Positions 61,648 to 64,000 of a DNA stretch of 64,000 nt are shown here, in pieces. Made by a program: the position numbers and the translations under genes. The stretch is taken from contig NC_133618.1 in assembly GCF_048593235.1 (NCBI RefSeq), forward strand, positions 271,275,882-271,339,881, written 5' to 3'. Each line of letters starts with the position of its first letter. The stretch's first letter is position 1. The notes beneath the pieces are model-generated. The model was not told the DNA's origin. It did no database searches and saw only the letters and a program-made list of their open reading frames with translations. The DNA is from Sminthopsis crassicaudata. Taxonomy: Eukaryota.

Positions 61648-63321
61648 GCAGGGGTGCTGTTGAAGTGCAAACACTTTTACCAGTTTCTATCCAATGGAAA
61701 ACTGATACACCAGTGTGGATAGGACAGTGGCTCTTAGGTAGTGATAAAATTCAGGCCTTATTATATATAGTACAGGAGCAACTTGACCAAGGACACTTAC
61801 AACCTTCTCTAACTCCTTGGAATTCCCCAGTATTTGTTGTAACAAAGAAATCTGGAAAATGGAGGATGTTGACTGATTTAAGAAAGGTAAATGAACAGAT
61901 GGAAACTATGGGAACTCTTCAGCCTGGACTTTCATCCCCTACTCAATTGCCTAGAGAATGGCCTCTGTGGGTTTTAGACATTAAGGATTTTTTCTATTCT
62001 ATCCCTATGGATAAGGAGTATATGAAAAGATTTGCATTTTCTGTGCCCAGCATTAACTTAGCTGAGCCTTATAAAAGATACAAATGGACAATTTTGCCAC
62101 AGGGAATGAAAAACAGCCCTACTATGTGTCAAATGTATGTTGCTGCTGCTCTTACTCCAGTAAGAAAAGCATTTCCAAAAGTAATGTTATTCCATTACAT
62201 GGATGACATATTGGGATAACCCTGAGAAGCAAATGTTAGAAGCATGTCTACAAAAGGCCAAGGAAACACTAAGGAACTACAAATTGCACATAACTCCAGG
62301 AAAAATTCAGAGACATGTTCCTTTTCAATATTTAGGATATGAAATATACACTTAAGGTGTTTACAGTACAAAAACTTTCCTTAAGAACAGAGAAGCTAAA
62401 CACCCTAAATGACTTTCAGAAATTAATAGGAGATATCTAATGGATGTGTCCAGTGTTAGGCTTGACTACGTATCAATTACAACCATTATATGACATTTTT
62501 TTTTTTTTTTGGAGGCTGGGGTTAAGTGACTTGCCCAGGGTCACACAGCTAGGAAGTGTTAAGTGTTGGAGACCAGATTTGAACTTGGGTCCTCCTGAAT
62601 TCAAGGCTGGTGCTCTATCCACTGCACCACCTAGCTGCTCCCTCATTATATGACATCTTAAGGGGAGACAGTGCTTTAACTTCACCACGATAGCTTACAA
62701 AAGAAGCTCAAGAGGCTTTGAAAGAAGTTGAACTGGCTTTGTCCAATGTGGTTGAAAGAGTCAATCAAAAATCCTTGGAAATATCAGTTTTTACTACATA
62801 AGAGGCACCCACAGCAGTCCTTCATCAGGGAGACCGTGATAGAGTGGGTGAACCTCCAGCACAACCAGAAGAAAGCCTTACTCCTTACCCAGTGCTTGTG
62901 GCTTGTGTATTTTATTAAAGGCCATTAAGCAGTACAATTATCTGGAATAAGACCTGACAAGATATACACCTTTTATACTAATGCACAAAGTAATGTGTAC
63001 TGTGAAACCATCCCAGAGTGGCAAATTTTATTAGCCATAGCTCCAAATTTTACACACGGGTCTCCATTAAAGATAATCAGACTATTACATAATTGGCGAT
63101 GGGTTCCTGAAGAAAAGGTTTCTAAAATTTCTCTTAAAGGACCAACTATCTTTACAGATGCATCCAAACATAATATTTGCACTGTATACTCTCGTGACTT
63201 AACTATAAAGAGAGTAGTCAGAACTCCTTTTCAGTCCACTCAGCAGAATGAATTGTATGTAATCATTCTAGCTCTTACTTATTATCTAGGAGATATAAAT
63301 ATAATATCTGATTCGGCCTAT
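61645..63321 (+). pseudogene. pol: ERV pol (RT plus RNase H, defective; integrase not present in the window)
   Basis: [44 protein letters not shown]; RNase H IFTDAS..QQNEL..NIISDSAY. Confidence 0.95.
62497..62643 (-). mobile_element. WSINE1-type SINE inserted in pol, 13-bp TSD
   Basis: CATTATATGACAT at 62484-62496 and 62644-62656; removing the insertion restores QLQPLYDILRGDSALTSPR. Confidence 0.93.
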
Positions 63322-64000
63322 TCCAGGCCTCTCAAAAATCATCCTGCTGGTTGTTTCTTACAGAACAATAATATTCCATAACATTCATATACCTTAATTT
63401 ACCCAACCATTCTCCAATTGATGGGCATCCATTCAGTTTCCAGTTTCTAGTCACTACAAAAAGGACTACCACAAACATTTTGGCACACACAGGTCTCTTT
63501 CCCTTCTTTAGTATTCTTTGGGATATAAGCCCAGTAGTAGCGCTGCTGGATCAAAAGGTATGCATAATTTGATAACTTTTTGGGCATAATTCCAGATTGC
63601 TCTCAAGAATGGTTGGATTCGTTCACAACTCCAACAATACATCAGTGTCCCAGTTTTCCCTCATCTCCTCCAACATTCATCATTATTTTTTCCTGTCATC
63701 TTAGCCAATCTGACAGGTGTGTAGTGGTATCTCAGAGTTGTCTTAATTTGCAATTCTCTGATCAATAGTGATTTGGAACACTCTTTCATATGAGTGGAAA
63801 TAGTTTCAATTTCATCATCTGAAAATTGTTCATATCCTTTGACCATTTATCAATTGGAGAATGGCTTGATTTCTTATAGAGTCAGTTCTCTATATATTTT
63901 TAAAATGAGGCCTTTATCAAAACCTTTAACTGTAAAAATATTTTCCCAGTTTGTTACTTCCCTTCTAATCTTGTTTGCATTAGTTTTGTTTGTACAAAAG
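63322..64000 (-). mobile_element. L1 (3'UTR/ORF2 C-terminus), runs off the window
   Basis: Low-divergence antisense L1 sequence matching the blocks at 42240-42495 and 47270-47560. Confidence 0.88.

Overview
Vertebrate genomic DNA, most likely from a dasyurid marsupial (WSINE1-type CORE-SINEs, marsupial L1 tails, OC1-like hAT elements; species is inferred). Two complete protein-coding genes sit head-to-head on a CpG-island bidirectional promoter. OIP5/Mis18-beta is on the minus strand (5 coding exons, 281 aa). NUSAP1 is on the plus strand (12 coding exons as reconstructed, 453 aa). Downstream of OIP5, the first ~16 kb carries the syntenic lncRNA OIP5-AS1/Cyrano. Its key element, at 10246-10271, is a near-perfect miR-7 site (8mer seed, central 2x4 internal loop, 14 contiguous 3' base pairs), the architecture of a target-directed miRNA degradation trigger. 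It lies in a motif-dense block inside a ~8 kb transposon-poor candidate terminal exon. The right end holds a decayed betaretrovirus-like provirus (LTR, tRNA-Lys PBS, gag-pro-pol) with nested solo-LTR and SINE insertions. All homology calls are by eye from recalled sequences; no database search was run, and boundaries of old repeats are approximate.
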